From a candidate division WWE3 bacterium (GTDB lineage: Bacteria; Patescibacteriota; 4484-211; GCA-002791395), in NCBI GenBank assembly GCA_013335095.1, contig JAAXWF010000002.1, positions 269,566 through 333,565 on the forward strand: DNA of 64,000 bases, in the 5' to 3' direction. The translations under genes were made by a program, and so were the position numbers. Shown here piece after piece: positions 35,412 through 45,949 of the stretch. The notes below the pieces were generated by a model that worked only from the letters and a program-made list of their open reading frames with translations, had not been told where the DNA came from and ran no database searches. The first letter of the stretch is position 1; every line of letters starts with the position of its first letter.

Positions 35412-36437
35412 ATGGATATCGATACTGTATTAAACTCATTAATTCAAAGGCTTAACACCACAAACTCTGTGGACGAATTTCTAAAACTTCGGAAAGAATA
35501 TATTGGACCAAATGGAATCGTCAAACAGCACGAACAACAGCTCGCATCATTACCGGTTGAACAAAAAAGAATTATTGGTCCTAAATTGCAACAACTTAAA
35601 AAAGACGTTGAACGCGTAATCGAGGAAAAGAACGGCGAATTACATTCAAATACATTACTGAAACGCCAGGAATCAGAAAGTGAATCAATCAATTTTTCTC
35701 AGGCCAAAATCGGTCATTACCATCCGATAACGAACACCATAAGTATGATGAATCAACTTTTTATTGAGATGGGTTATAGCATCATGAATGGACCGGAAAT
35801 AGAAACAGATACCTATTGTTTCCAACGGCTGAACGTTCCCGTTGATCACCCAGCTCGAGATATGCAGGATACAATCTACGTCCAAGCACCCAATATACTC
35901 CTTCGCACCCAGACATCATCAATTGAATCCCGGGTACTTGAAGAGTTTAAACCACCTATGAAAGTTATCTGTCCTGGCAGAGTATACCGCAACGAAAAAG
36001 CCAATAGAAGTAATCATTTCATTTTCCATCAATATCAAGGATTTGTCGTGCTTCCTCATGTTACGTTGAAGGATCTATTTGGCACTTTTAATGCCTTATT
36101 TAAAAGAATGTACGGTGATGATGTTGAGGTTAGATATCGAAATAAATATTATCCCGAAGTTGAACCAGGCGTAGGACCCGATATGAAATGTTTCAATTGT
36201 AAAGGTACCGGTTGTGCAGTATGTAAAAACGTAGGGTGGATAGAAATGGGCGGGGCCGGAATGATCCATCCCCATGTTCTTTCGATGGCCGGAATAGATC
36301 CTCAAAAATGGATGGGCTTTGCCTTTGGTTTAGGGATAGATCGTTGGGTGATGGCAAAATACAATATAACTGATATTCGAACGTTACTAGGTGGAAATGT
36401 TGGTTACAAACCCAATCTATATGAAAATACTATATAG
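35412..36437 (+). CDS. pheS: Phenylalanyl-tRNA synthetase alpha subunit
   Basis: FQRLNVPVDHPARDMQDTIY, the motif 2/3 region and GFAFGLGIDRW are present. A Cys4 insertion reads CFNCKGTGCAVCKN. Confidence 0.9.
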   Translation: MDIDTVLNSLIQRLNTTNSVDEFLKLRKEYIGPNGIVKQHEQQLASLPVEQKRIIGPKLQQLKKDVERVIEEKNGELHSNTLLKRQESESESINFSQAKIGHYHPITNTISMMNQLFIEMGYSIMNGPEIETDTYCFQRLNVPVDHPARDMQDTIYVQAPNILLRTQTSSIESRVLEEFKPPMKVICPGRVYRNEKANRSNHFIFHQYQGFVVLPHVTLKDLFGTFNALFKRMYGDDVEVRYRNKYYPEVEPGVGPDMKCFNCKGTGCAVCKNVGWIEMGGAGMIHPHVLSMAGIDPQKWMGFAFGLGIDRWVMAKYNITDIRTLLGGNVGYKPNLYENTI

Positions 36438-38439
36438 CGATCTTAAAAAATATATACCTGGTCTGCACGCAACTCCCGAGCAAATTGCCGAGTTTTACAC
36501 AATGACTGGACTAATGCTCGATAGCCGCACCGATGTAAGTTACAACAATCACGTCGATACACTTTTTAGTCTTGAGGTTCGACAAAATAGAGCCGATTGT
36601 TTTTGTGTACTTGGACTCGTAAGAGAATTAGCGGCATCGGTAAATAGTCCCATTCAGATCCCAAGCGTATCGGAAATAACTAAATCTGAAACATTCCCGA
36701 ATATTACCATCGTTGATGAAAGGTTTGTCCGACGATTAACGGCAATACAGATTAATAACGTAACGGTCAAACAATCGCCACAATGGCTAAAAGAATACGT
36801 CGAACTTCATGGAATAAATTCAATAAACCTATTAGTTGATCTTTCAAACTATACGATGCTTCTAACTGGATATCCTAATCACATCTTTGATATGGATAAA
36901 GTTCAGGGATCACTCCAATGGCGCGTATCATCTCAACACAAAAGTATGATCACCTTGGGCAGTAACGAAGTTCAGTTGCATTCAGAAGTTCTCACGATTG
37001 AAGATGATAATAGTCCACTCGCATTAGCCGGAGCAATCGGAGGTGACATCGCACGCGTAGACGAAAATACGCACAATATCCTTATTGAAGTCGGCGTATA
37101 TGACCCCGCATTAGTTATGAGAAACTCACGGTCATTATCGATTAGTACCGAAACAAGTCGCCGACTCGAAAAAAATCTTGATCCTCATGGAACTCGTTAT
37201 GCTTTAGAGCTATTAGTTTCACTTGTATTACAAGAATGTGGCGGTATCATATCATCCGAGGTATTCGATTTCTTCCCAGGAGAGAAGGACGCCATCCCAG
37301 AGATACCATATGATCCGCATCTCGCCGAACATATTGCAGGAGTTCCAATATCATCCGATGACTCACTGGGGATTCTACAGAGATTAAATTTTACGGTGGA
37401 CAGTACGGCTATTCCGTGGAAAATCGTTCCGCCTACCTACCGTACCGATATCAGTATCGCCGAAGATATCGCCGAAGAGGTCATCCGATTTGTCGGATAT
37501 AATAAGATACCGTCCGATGAAATCCCAGCTTTAGACGTGGTAACCAACATAACTCCAGAGGAAGAAATTCTAGTGACAAATCTACGACCCATACTTATCT
37601 CTGACGGTTATGATGAAATATTAAGTTCACCATTAATTACACCGGCACAAAACGTCGAAACAAACTATGCTAAAGATGAATCAATCATAGTGGAAAACGC
37701 TGTAAATGAAGAATTTACGGCACTGAGACAATCGCTCGCCGCAGGGTTAATGAACCAGGTTACAAATTACCTCAAACAAGGGATTAGCACTATCCAAATT
37801 TTTGAAATCGGCACGGTGTTTAGTAAAAAGGGGACTATGTTTAACGAAAAGCTACACCTAGGGCTTTTACATTTTGTTTCACCACAAGAGCAGCAAATTG
37901 GAACCTTCTGGCTGCATGTAGATCGTTTACTAAAGCATGCTGGAATAACTTCAATTGACTTAGTTCCTTCGGAGTCTGGTCAAAGGCCTCAGATCGCAAA
38001 TGAGTCCAGTTGTTGGCTAATAATGCATAACGAAGAACAAATAGGAGTTATTTATAAAACAAAGCCTTTGTGGAAAGAGGGGAGTGCCTATATTGCCGAA
38101 ATCAACATACACGAACTAATAAAAGTGGACATTGATCAAAACAACCGAGCCACAACGGAATTGACTCAACGCATGAGTTCGTATGACATAAATATAGTTC
38201 GACCCGAAAACTCAAATACATTTGAACTGGCCGCCGAGATTGAAACGCAACTCCCGGTAAATTCGCTATGGTCGATATCATTAACCGACCGATACAAACT
38301 TGCTGACGGCAAACAACCTAATTTAACCCGATACACCTTCAGGATTTCTTATATCAACTTGGCTGAACAAGATGCAAAACTACTTCATGAAAAGCTGTAC
38401 ACGGTAATACCAGGGGCTGAACAAGGAGAGCTGCCATGA
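36421..38439 (+). CDS. pheT: Phenylalanyl-tRNA synthetase beta subunit (shortened)
   Basis: B3/4 and B5-like regions are present. The likely start is the ATG at 36421 (MKILYSDLKKYIP), overlapping pheS by 17 nt. The ORF track starts it at 36391. Confidence 0.8.
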   Translation: MKILYSDLKKYIPGLHATPEQIAEFYTMTGLMLDSRTDVSYNNHVDTLFSLEVRQNRADCFCVLGLVRELAASVNSPIQIPSVSEITKSETFPNITIVDERFVRRLTAIQINNVTVKQSPQWLKEYVELHGINSINLLVDLSNYTMLLTGYPNHIFDMDKVQGSLQWRVSSQHKSMITLGSNEVQLHSEVLTIEDDNSPLALAGAIGGDIARVDENTHNILIEVGVYDPALVMRNSRSLSISTETSRRLEKNLDPHGTRYALELLVSLVLQECGGIISSEVFDFFPGEKDAIPEIPYDPHLAEHIAGVPISSDDSLGILQRLNFTVDSTAIPWKIVPPTYRTDISIAEDIAEEVIRFVGYNKIPSDEIPALDVVTNITPEEEILVTNLRPILISDGYDEILSSPLITPAQNVETNYAKDESIIVENAVNEEFTALRQSLAAGLMNQVTNYLKQGISTIQIFEIGTVFSKKGTMFNEKLHLGLLHFVSPQEQQIGTFWLHVDRLLKHAGITSIDLVPSESGQRPQIANESSCWLIMHNEEQIGVIYKTKPLWKEGSAYIAEINIHELIKVDIDQNNRATTELTQRMSSYDINIVRPENSNTFELAAEIETQLPVNSLWSISLTDRYKLADGKQPNLTRYTFRISYINLAEQDAKLLHEKLYTVIPGAEQGELP

Positions 38440-39524
38440 AAGCGGTTGTATTCTGTGGCGGATCAGGAAAACGGTTGTGGCCACTCTCACGCGAACATTC
38501 ACCGAAGCAATTAAATCAACACATTTTTGGCGGTAAATCAACATTTCAAATGACTATGGAACGAGCGAATCAAGTTGTGCCGACCGACAACATCATGATC
38601 TCGACGAATAAACACTTTCTTGATGAAATAGTACGACAAGCACCCGAAATATCAAAGGATCGGATCGTTTGTGAACCCGAGATGCGAGATGTGGCAGCGG
38701 CAGTTGGGCTAATGGCGGCGATAACTGAACGCGAAAATCCAAATGAACCAATGCTGATATTGTGGAGTGACCATATGGTTGATGATTTGGAATTATTTAC
38801 CGAAATAATTCAACAAGCCGAGCAAAAGATCGAGCGGAATGAAGCTGGGATTGTGTTTATTGGTCATAAACCACGGTATGCTGAAGAAAATTTGGGTTAC
38901 ATTGGGTGCGGAGATTTGATTGCAACGAGCAATGATGTCCATCAGTATGAATTCAATGATTGGTACTATCGACCATCGAAAGAACGGGCCGAAGAGTTCT
39001 ATCTAGCTGGAACGTTTGCTTGGAATACAGGGTATTTTGTCACGACTCCATCCTTTATCTTAGATAAATTTCAAGAATATGCCCCCGAGATGTACGGCCA
39101 GTTGATAGAAATAAGTCATAGTTACAAAACACAAGATTGGGAGAAAACACTTAATTCAATTTATCCTCGAATTGAAAAGATATCATTTGATGATAAGATT
39201 TTAACCAAAATACGACCGAATGAAGCAATAGTACTCACCGCAGACTTCGGGTGGTTTGATCCAGGCAGTTTATACTCGCTTAAATCGTATTTTAACCCTT
39301 CAATAGATGAAAATGTCATTAAAGGACTTGGCATCACAATGCACACGACCGATTCATTAGTATTCAATGAAGCAAATGACAAACCGATTGTACTCCTTGG
39401 TTTAGAACAAAAGATTGTGATCAATATGAAGGATGTTGTATTGATCATTGATAAGGAATATATCCCTCAGTTAAAAGAACTCCTCGAAAGTCTTAAGGAA
39501 ACTGATTACGCCGAACTTTTATAG
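38436..39524 (+). CDS. manC: Mannose-1-phosphate guanylyltransferase (GDP-mannose pyrophosphorylase), no PMI domain
   Basis: The N-terminal VVFCGGSGKRLWPLSREHSPKQL is the nucleotidyl-transferase signature. It joins pheT through an ATGA junction. Confidence 0.75.
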   Translation: MKAVVFCGGSGKRLWPLSREHSPKQLNQHIFGGKSTFQMTMERANQVVPTDNIMISTNKHFLDEIVRQAPEISKDRIVCEPEMRDVAAAVGLMAAITERENPNEPMLILWSDHMVDDLELFTEIIQQAEQKIERNEAGIVFIGHKPRYAEENLGYIGCGDLIATSNDVHQYEFNDWYYRPSKERAEEFYLAGTFAWNTGYFVTTPSFILDKFQEYAPEMYGQLIEISHSYKTQDWEKTLNSIYPRIEKISFDDKILTKIRPNEAIVLTADFGWFDPGSLYSLKSYFNPSIDENVIKGLGITMHTTDSLVFNEANDKPIVLLGLEQKIVINMKDVVLIIDKEYIPQLKELLESLKETDYAELL

Positions 39525-42174
39525 TAGGTTGAGCCGCTTTGGTTGGAACAACTGACACATACGGCGGTATGGTAATAATATCTCCTAAAATCCCACCCTG
39601 ATTTGCGAGTTCTAACTGAACCTCATATGAAATCGAGCTTTCTTCTCCTTCGCTATCAAAGGCTGTAATAGTGATCAAATGGGTACCGTTATTACGTGCC
39701 TCTGTATCAAGCTTCTCAAGATCGTAGGTTACCGAAAATGGCTGACTAGTAACCGACTCGACGGGCGCATCATCCCAGGCAAAATTAACCTTGGTAATTC
39801 GCTGCTGGGAATAGACTTTAGCCGAAACAGGGAATGATGTCGTTGTCAGCTTAGTGCCTGCAGCAGGTGAATCGATTTGAATGTACGGTTTAGTTAGCGG
39901 ATTGCCATCAATACTAATGGAGCACATCTCTGTGGGTGGTTTCCCCCAACCTTCATTCAGACGTGACGACATCCATTCATTTGTATATGTCTGCCAAGCG
40001 GAATTAATCTCTTTGAGATACGTAAATGTACGTGTTTCAGAAAGCTCGTTTACTTTATGAAAGTCGGTTGCTTTTTTGAAGGGGTCACTTTTACATACTT
40101 CAACTTGGGAATGGAAATCATCAACCTGCGTAGGTTCAGACCCCTTAGCAAAAATCTCATTTCGGGTCGGATAACCTTTTCCATCTTGAGGAATCATCCC
40201 CGAAAGCGCGTCAACCACTTTATTTGTAACGTTAGCGGGTCTATCCCAATCCTTTGAAGGAATACCTTCAAGTACGCGACGCATATACGCCTTCATGATC
40301 GGTGTGGCACCAGTGGAACCCATAATTCCATTCATTGGAGAATTATCAAAGTTGCCGACCCATACAAGAGTTACGATCTGCGGCGTATATCCGATCGTCC
40401 ATGCATCACGGTTATCATTGGTCGTTCCGGTCTTTACCGCAAGCTTACGACCGATATCTAACGAATTTCCAAACGTAGGGCGACGGGCATCTGCATCCGA
40501 AAGAACATCATTTAATAAATAGGTGTATTCAGGTTTTACAACTTCTCGAGAGGTATCCTTATATTCATTCAATACTTTACCGGTTGAATCTTCGACCTTC
40601 ATGAGTGGGGTTAAGTCATGCTTCTGCCCTAATGCAGCAAACACCGAATAGACTTGGGCTAAATCAATAGGACGAACTTCACCACCACCTAACGTAAGTG
40701 ATAAACCATAGCGATCGCGTTCGTTCAATGTCGTAATGCCCAATTGATGAGCGAAATTAATTAATTCATCAGTTGTGATAACTTGGAGCATCTTAACTGC
40801 CGGGATATTACGAGAATTAGCTAAGGCAGTACGAACTGACATCGGTCCCCAGAATTTATCATCCCAGTTTTTCGGGCAATACTCTGGCTGTCCCGCACCA
40901 CCAGGAAAACAAGTTTTAATATCAGAAACAAACGTCGATGGACTATACCCCTTACTAAAGGCGTCGAGATAGGTTAATGGCTTCATCGATGAACCCGGCT
41001 GACGTTGGGCTAACATGACGTTTACATTTCCATCGTGGGCGGTGTCATAATAATCAACACTTCCAACCATCGCAAGTATTTGTCCTGTTGTTGGATCAAC
41101 CGAAATCATACCAGCATTACTCGCATTAGCTTTAGCCTTTTGTAGTGCATCAACTTGTTTTTTAACCTCTTCTTGTGCCGTCTGTTGTTTGTTCCAATCG
41201 AGGGTTGTAGTAACACGAAGTCCGCCTTGCTCAACCATTCGATCGCCGAACATTTCAGTCAGAAGGCTTTTTACATACATAACAAAATGTGGAGCTTTAA
41301 TATCATCAGCACTATTTCCCTGGCATACCACCTGTACCTCCGTTGCGTAAATTTCATCAGCCTGTTCTTGAGTTAAATATTGATTTTCAACCATTAAACG
41401 GAGTACTGTTTTCTGTCTACCCTTAGCGTTTTCTGGATAGGCGCCACAGGGTGAGTAATATGTAGGGGATTGAGGTAAACCAGCAATGTACGTGGCCTCG
41501 GCTGAGGTTAAATCGCGAACATGTTTACCAAAAAACATCTCTGCCGCCGCTCCAGCTCCCCATGCCTGGCCACCATAAGGAACTTCATTAAAGTACATTT
41601 GTAAGATTTGATCTTTAGTATATTTACGCTCTAATTCAATAGAGAGAATCAATTCCTTGATTTTACGGGTCATTGTACGTTCAGGAGTAAGAAGAGTGTT
41701 TTTAACCACCTGCTGGGTTATGGTCGATCCACTCTGTAGGTTTTCCCCACGGGCGACGCGAAATGCTGCTCGGGCAATCCCCAAAACATCAAAACCACGG
41801 TGGTTATAAAAATCTTTATCTTCAACCGCAATAGCAGCGTCTCTTAACGTTTGAGGGATGTCTTTTAACTCAACTAGTGTACGTCGTTCATCACCAAAAA
41901 TTTCATATAACAAAACACCATCTCGAGAGAAAATCTTGGTTGATTGCGGTACGTTTCGAGTACTTAGACGATCTGGGGAAGGGAGGTCCTTAGAGAAGTA
42001 GGCAATCACTCCAAACACCGTAATTAAACCAGCAATTATGAGGATTAATGTAATACCAGCTATTAGGGAAAGAATACGTAAGCGTTTCTGTTTAGCAGAA
42101 TACGTTGATCGAACGGATTTCGGATTAAGCCATTTTCTTAGACGTCGTTTTTGGCTCTTAAAATTATTAGACAT
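39493..42174 (-). CDS. Class A penicillin-binding protein (PBP1A; transglycosylase + transpeptidase) with a C-terminal extension
   Basis: GT51 motifs AVEDKDFYNHRGFD and RGENLQSGSTITQQ are present. The transpeptidase motifs are SSMKP, SRN and KTGTTND. An extra C-terminal beta-rich domain of about 200 aa follows. Confidence 0.9.
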   Translation of the reverse strand: MSNNFKSQKRRLRKWLNPKSVRSTYSAKQKRLRILSLIAGITLILIIAGLITVFGVIAYFSKDLPSPDRLSTRNVPQSTKIFSRDGVLLYEIFGDERRTLVELKDIPQTLRDAAIAVEDKDFYNHRGFDVLGIARAAFRVARGENLQSGSTITQQVVKNTLLTPERTMTRKIKELILSIELERKYTKDQILQMYFNEVPYGGQAWGAGAAAEMFFGKHVRDLTSAEATYIAGLPQSPTYYSPCGAYPENAKGRQKTVLRLMVENQYLTQEQADEIYATEVQVVCQGNSADDIKAPHFVMYVKSLLTEMFGDRMVEQGGLRVTTTLDWNKQQTAQEEVKKQVDALQKAKANASNAGMISVDPTTGQILAMVGSVDYYDTAHDGNVNVMLAQRQPGSSMKPLTYLDAFSKGYSPSTFVSDIKTCFPGGAGQPEYCPKNWDDKFWGPMSVRTALANSRNIPAVKMLQVITTDELINFAHQLGITTLNERDRYGLSLTLGGGEVRPIDLAQVYSVFAALGQKHDLTPLMKVEDSTGKVLNEYKDTSREVVKPEYTYLLNDVLSDADARRPTFGNSLDIGRKLAVKTGTTNDNRDAWTIGYTPQIVTLVWVGNFDNSPMNGIMGSTGATPIMKAYMRRVLEGIPSKDWDRPANVTNKVVDALSGMIPQDGKGYPTRNEIFAKGSEPTQVDDFHSQVEVCKSDPFKKATDFHKVNELSETRTFTYLKEINSAWQTYTNEWMSSRLNEGWGKPPTEMCSISIDGNPLTKPYIQIDSPAAGTKLTTTSFPVSAKVYSQQRITKVNFAWDDAPVESVTSQPFSVTYDLEKLDTEARNNGTHLITITAFDSEGEESSISYEVQLELANQGGILGDIITIPPYVSVVPTKAAQPTIKVRRNQFP

Positions 42175-42266
42175 ACGTAATTATTTTAGCATGCCGACCT
42201 AAAATATGTTATGATAAAGCCGCATAACCGTTCCAAAAGACATGAGGGAATCGGTAGATACTATTT

Positions 42267-42374
42267 ATGAAGTTTTTACGCAAACATAAACGAATCTGGT
42301 TCATCATCTCACTGATAGTCGCTTTTAGTATGGTGTTGATACCAATCTTAAGTATAATACCGTCGATATTATGA
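42267..42374 (+). CDS. Candidate 35-aa membrane sORF translationally coupled to rsmD
   Basis: MKFLRKHKRIWFIISLIVAFSMVLIPILSIIPSIL shows a basic N-terminus followed by one TM helix. Its stop overlaps the rsmD ATG as ATGA. Confidence 0.25.
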   Translation: MKFLRKHKRIWFIISLIVAFSMVLIPILSIIPSIL

Positions 42375-42937
42375 AAATTACTGGGGGAACGCTTCGCGGA
42401 AGAGAGATTATCGTCAATTCTAGGGCAGATTTAAGGCCATCTCAAAGCCGAGTAAGAGAAGCTATTTTTAACATCATTCCCGAGCTAAACGACAAATTAA
42501 TTATGGATCTATTCGCAGGTACGGGTATTTTAGGCATTGAGGCACTTAGTCGTGGAGCGCATTATGTAGATTTTGTCGAAAAGAATCCCCAAGGCTCCAA
42601 AGACCTTCATACCGTACTAAGTAAACTACAGATCGATAGTAAAGCCGATGTATATTGTGATCGTGTAGAAACGGTTTTAACTAGATATAAAGCACAAAAA
42701 TACGACGTAGTATTCCTAGACCCTCCCTATCGCCAATCAATTGAGTCAATCTTGCCACTTTTGGAGCATGTTCTTGTAGATGATGGATTAATCGTATATC
42801 TGCATAGCGCGCACCCAAGTAGCGCCATTTCGCCCGAGACGTATCAATCCAACAATCTATTCCTATCGGATCAAAGAAAATATGGTGATACGGTGGTCGA
42901 TTTCATTACCCACAACATAAATACATCGATAAAGTAG
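42371..42937 (+). CDS. rsmD: 16S rRNA (guanine966-N2)-methyltransferase RsmD-like
   Basis: The SAM motif LDLFAGTGILGIEALSRGA and the catalytic DPPY are present. Confidence 0.75.
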   Translation: MKITGGTLRGREIIVNSRADLRPSQSRVREAIFNIIPELNDKLIMDLFAGTGILGIEALSRGAHYVDFVEKNPQGSKDLHTVLSKLQIDSKADVYCDRVETVLTRYKAQKYDVVFLDPPYRQSIESILPLLEHVLVDDGLIVYLHSAHPSSAISPETYQSNNLFLSDQRKYGDTVVDFITHNINTSIK

Positions 42938-42969
42938 CTTTTTAGACAATTTCGGGTATAATAGGCGAC

Positions 42970-43191
42970 ATGGGAGCAGTACCAAAGAAACAACCATCAG
43001 ATGCCCGAAAAAATCGACGATACAGCAGTCATGTGCGCAAACAAATCAAAGCACAGCTGACGAATCTCGTAGTTTGCAGTAATTGTGGTTCCAGAACATT
43101 ACCACACCGAGTATGTACTGTATGCGGCCAATATAAAGGCGCTACTATAGTTGCTCCTAAAACCAGAGTGAAACGAGTATCATCTAACTAA
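42970..43191 (+). CDS. rpmF: 50S ribosomal protein L32
   Basis: [15 protein letters not shown] and the [22 protein letters not shown] zinc ribbon identify it. Confidence 0.85.
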   Translation: MGAVPKKQPSDARKNRRYSSHVRKQIKAQLTNLVVCSNCGSRTLPHRVCTVCGQYKGATIVAPKTRVKRVSSN

Positions 43192-43192
43192 G

Positions 43193-43687
43193 TTGAAAAA
43201 GAAAAACGACCCTCGACACCAAGCCCGACGTTTAGCTGTACAAATCCTCTTTGAGTGGTTATTTCAAGATAGCGTTCAAATCAAAGACATCACCGAAGCA
43301 ATTGTTGCATTAGAAGGTGATGAAGATCTTGATCGACCCCATAATAATCAATACGATAAAAAACTACTGGATGCGATTGTTACAGGAGTAGGCCACAAGA
43401 CAAAAGAGATCGATAAAATTATCGAGGAATCGGCTCCAGAATGGCCCTTAGACCAGATAGCACGGATAGACTTAACCACCCTAAGAATAGCTATATTTGA
43501 ACTCCTTTATTGGGAAAAAACCCCTACCAAGGTTGCTATAGATGAGGCGGTTGAATTAGCTAAAGAATACGGTGGGGAAAGCAGTCCGAAATTTGTTAAC
43601 GGGGTCCTTGGAACGGTGGTTAAACGGCATATACCCGCTGCCGTAACCCCAGAACCCCAACATACTGAAGTACAATCCGCACAATAG
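43193..43687 (+). CDS. nusB: Transcription antitermination factor NusB
   Basis: [15 protein letters not shown] and a helical bundle of about 140 aa fit NusB. Confidence 0.8.
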   Translation: MKKKNDPRHQARRLAVQILFEWLFQDSVQIKDITEAIVALEGDEDLDRPHNNQYDKKLLDAIVTGVGHKTKEIDKIIEESAPEWPLDQIARIDLTTLRIAIFELLYWEKTPTKVAIDEAVELAKEYGGESSPKFVNGVLGTVVKRHIPAAVTPEPQHTEVQSAQ

Positions 43688-43711
43688 TAGCAATCGAGTA
43701 TAATCAACTTT

Positions 43712-44428
43712 ATGCAGTTAAACGATTTTCACGAATTACTTGCAAACATACAAACAACAATTGACTTTAAGTTCGACAATGAAACTTTTTTGTTAAATGC
43801 ATTTGTTCATCGATCATATCTTAATGAACATCGATCTTTTGGATTACCTTCAAACGAACGCATGGAATTTCTTGGAGATGCATGTTTGGAACTTATCATT
43901 AGTGAATATCTCTATAATGAATATCCTTCCGAACCAGAAGGAAAACTGACCAATTTCCGCAGTTCAATTGTAAACACCCATTCTTTAGCCGACTGTGCGA
44001 GGGAATTAAAGCTCGGTACGTTTCTACTGCTTAGCCGTGGAGAAGAGGCGGGCTCGGGGCGAAATTCAGAATATATCTTAGCTAATACGTTCGAAGCGTT
44101 ATTGGGTGCGATATACCTTGATCAAGGCTACCAAGCGACAGCAACATTTGTATACAAGCACTTAATTCATAAGTTAACCGATATCATTGAGAATGAACGA
44201 TATCGAGACCCTAAATCCAAGCTGCAAGAACTCACACAAGCCAAATTATCTGAAACCCCGCGCTATTCCGTTATCGAGGAGTGGGGACCCGACCATGAGA
44301 AAAATTTTAGAGTTGGTGTTGTAGTTGGCAAAAGTCAGGTCGCCGAAGGAATTGGTTCAAGCAAACAGAAAGCAGAACTTCAGGCCGCCCAAAATGCCTT
44401 AGAACAGTGGATTCCAACACTTAAATAA
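43712..44428 (+). CDS. rnc: Ribonuclease III
   Basis: The RNase III signature ERMEFLGDACLELIISEY is followed by a C-terminal dsRBD. Confidence 0.9.
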   Translation: MQLNDFHELLANIQTTIDFKFDNETFLLNAFVHRSYLNEHRSFGLPSNERMEFLGDACLELIISEYLYNEYPSEPEGKLTNFRSSIVNTHSLADCARELKLGTFLLLSRGEEAGSGRNSEYILANTFEALLGAIYLDQGYQATATFVYKHLIHKLTDIIENERYRDPKSKLQELTQAKLSETPRYSVIEEWGPDHEKNFRVGVVVGKSQVAEGIGSSKQKAELQAAQNALEQWIPTLK

Positions 44429-44508
44429 TGCATTATGAAGGCTCAAGAGAGTGTGCAAAGTATGGAATTCGTTGCAATCAGCGACGAATTTCGGTATAAT
44501 CAGCCGCA

Positions 44509-44739
44509 GTGGTAAAAATTAGACTTCATCGAACCGGCCGTAAAAATCAACCAGCTTATCGCGTTGTTGTTATAGATAACCGCACGAAACGTGATGGCAG
44601 ACATATCGAAATCCTTGGTTCTTATAATCCATTAGGAAAACAGGAAGTTGTTATTGATAAAGATAGATACGCATATTGGATTGGGCGAGGCGCACAGCCA
44701 ACTGAAAGAGTAGCGAAGTTAGTTGTGAAGGCAGCATAA
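44509..44739 (+). CDS. rpsP: 30S ribosomal protein S16
   Basis: MVKIRLHRTGRKNQPAYRVVVIDNRTKRDGR is canonical bS16. Confidence 0.9.
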   Translation: MVKIRLHRTGRKNQPAYRVVVIDNRTKRDGRHIEILGSYNPLGKQEVVIDKDRYAYWIGRGAQPTERVAKLVVKAA

Positions 44740-44744
44740 ATATT

Positions 44745-45023
44745 ATGAAAGAATTATTACAGTATTTGGTCATTAAAATCTTACCGCATGGAAATGATGC
44801 AAAAATTGAAGAATCTATTGAAGATAACGGAACAGTACGTTTCACCCTTATAACACATCCTGAAGATATCGGACTGGCAATTGGTAAAGAGGGTAGGACC
44901 GCTAAAGCGTTACGCGAAATGCTCAAAATTCAAGCGATACAACAAAACAAACGTGTGTATTTAGACATCAAGTCATCTGAAGAGGTTGAAACCCTACCTA
45001 CTGCTGAAGATTTATTAGGATAA
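44745..45023 (+). CDS. KH-domain RNA-binding protein (YlqC/UPF0109 family)
   Basis: The GxxG KH loop reads IGKEGRTAKALREML. It sits at the conserved position after rpsP. Confidence 0.75.
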   Translation: MKELLQYLVIKILPHGNDAKIEESIEDNGTVRFTLITHPEDIGLAIGKEGRTAKALREMLKIQAIQQNKRVYLDIKSSEEVETLPTAEDLLG

Positions 45024-45053
45024 TTCTTTTGTTTTTTTTAAAATTGATAAATT

Positions 45054-45941
45054 TTAGAATGGATTACTCTTACCTGCAGGATATTGATTTGTCTCAGTTA
45101 CTTTTTCTGGATCAAAGAAAGTCGTAAGACCTTGAAGTCCTTCGATTAATCGCAGCTCATCACGACTCAGGCTGGTCGCTGGAGTATTAATAGCCCCCAA
45201 GTCTTGTGGAATATCTTGAAATGGTCCACTACCTTCAAATGAGAATGATTTATCTACCGTGTCAGGACTCCCACCTTCGGTTTGATTAAGCGTTAAACGA
45301 AAATTCATCGCAAGGATCAATGGGTTTATCTTATGAACAGTTTTTAAGAATTCAACCACTTGGCCGTAATCTCCCTGCGCGCCAAGACTGACATCAACAT
45401 AGCCTCCCGCTAAAGACTTTAATGGGTCACTCGAGTCAGCTTGTGCTTGCTGCGACTGCAGGTCATCACTTGTAGATACCACAACACCGCCCCGCTGGAG
45501 TTCTTCTTTTTGTCTTATCCCACCATATTGCACGGATTCAACCGCCATACCCGCTGAATTTAATGCCTGTTCGATACTTGCTAAAACAAGTGGGGGAGAG
45601 GACTGCGACGGTACTGCGAAATTTAAACGGACCAAGTAAGCACGTAAATCTTCAGGAACTTGAGTATTTAACACATCAATCTTTGTCATTAAGTCACTAA
45701 TTTCGGTACGACCATCCTTTAATGCGGTCATCTTTTCAGCGATATCTTCGTACCATGGTTTTATAACGAAAACTCCAAGCAGTGCTAATAAACCCATTGC
45801 AGAAAGAGGCATGATCCATGCACGAATAGCTGTACGCACTTCTAGTGCCGAAACTTTTGGTGCATTTTTATCTGCATTTTGTGCCTCACTCGCAATCAAT
45901 GGTGCGGTGGCGTTGTTTAGGTTAAATGGTTGGTCTGCCAT
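45054..45941 (-). CDS. Type IV pilus assembly protein PilO-like (long form)
   Basis: It lies downstream of pilM and pilN on the same strand. An N-terminal TM helix is followed by a coiled coil and a periplasmic domain. Assignment rests on context and topology. Confidence 0.5.
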   Translation of the reverse strand: MADQPFNLNNATAPLIASEAQNADKNAPKVSALEVRTAIRAWIMPLSAMGLLALLGVFVIKPWYEDIAEKMTALKDGRTEISDLMTKIDVLNTQVPEDLRAYLVRLNFAVPSQSSPPLVLASIEQALNSAGMAVESVQYGGIRQKEELQRGGVVVSTSDDLQSQQAQADSSDPLKSLAGGYVDVSLGAQGDYGQVVEFLKTVHKINPLILAMNFRLTLNQTEGGSPDTVDKSFSFEGSGPFQDIPQDLGAINTPATSLSRDELRLIEGLQGLTTFFDPEKVTETNQYPAGKSNPF

Positions 45942-45949
45942 ATTTGGTC

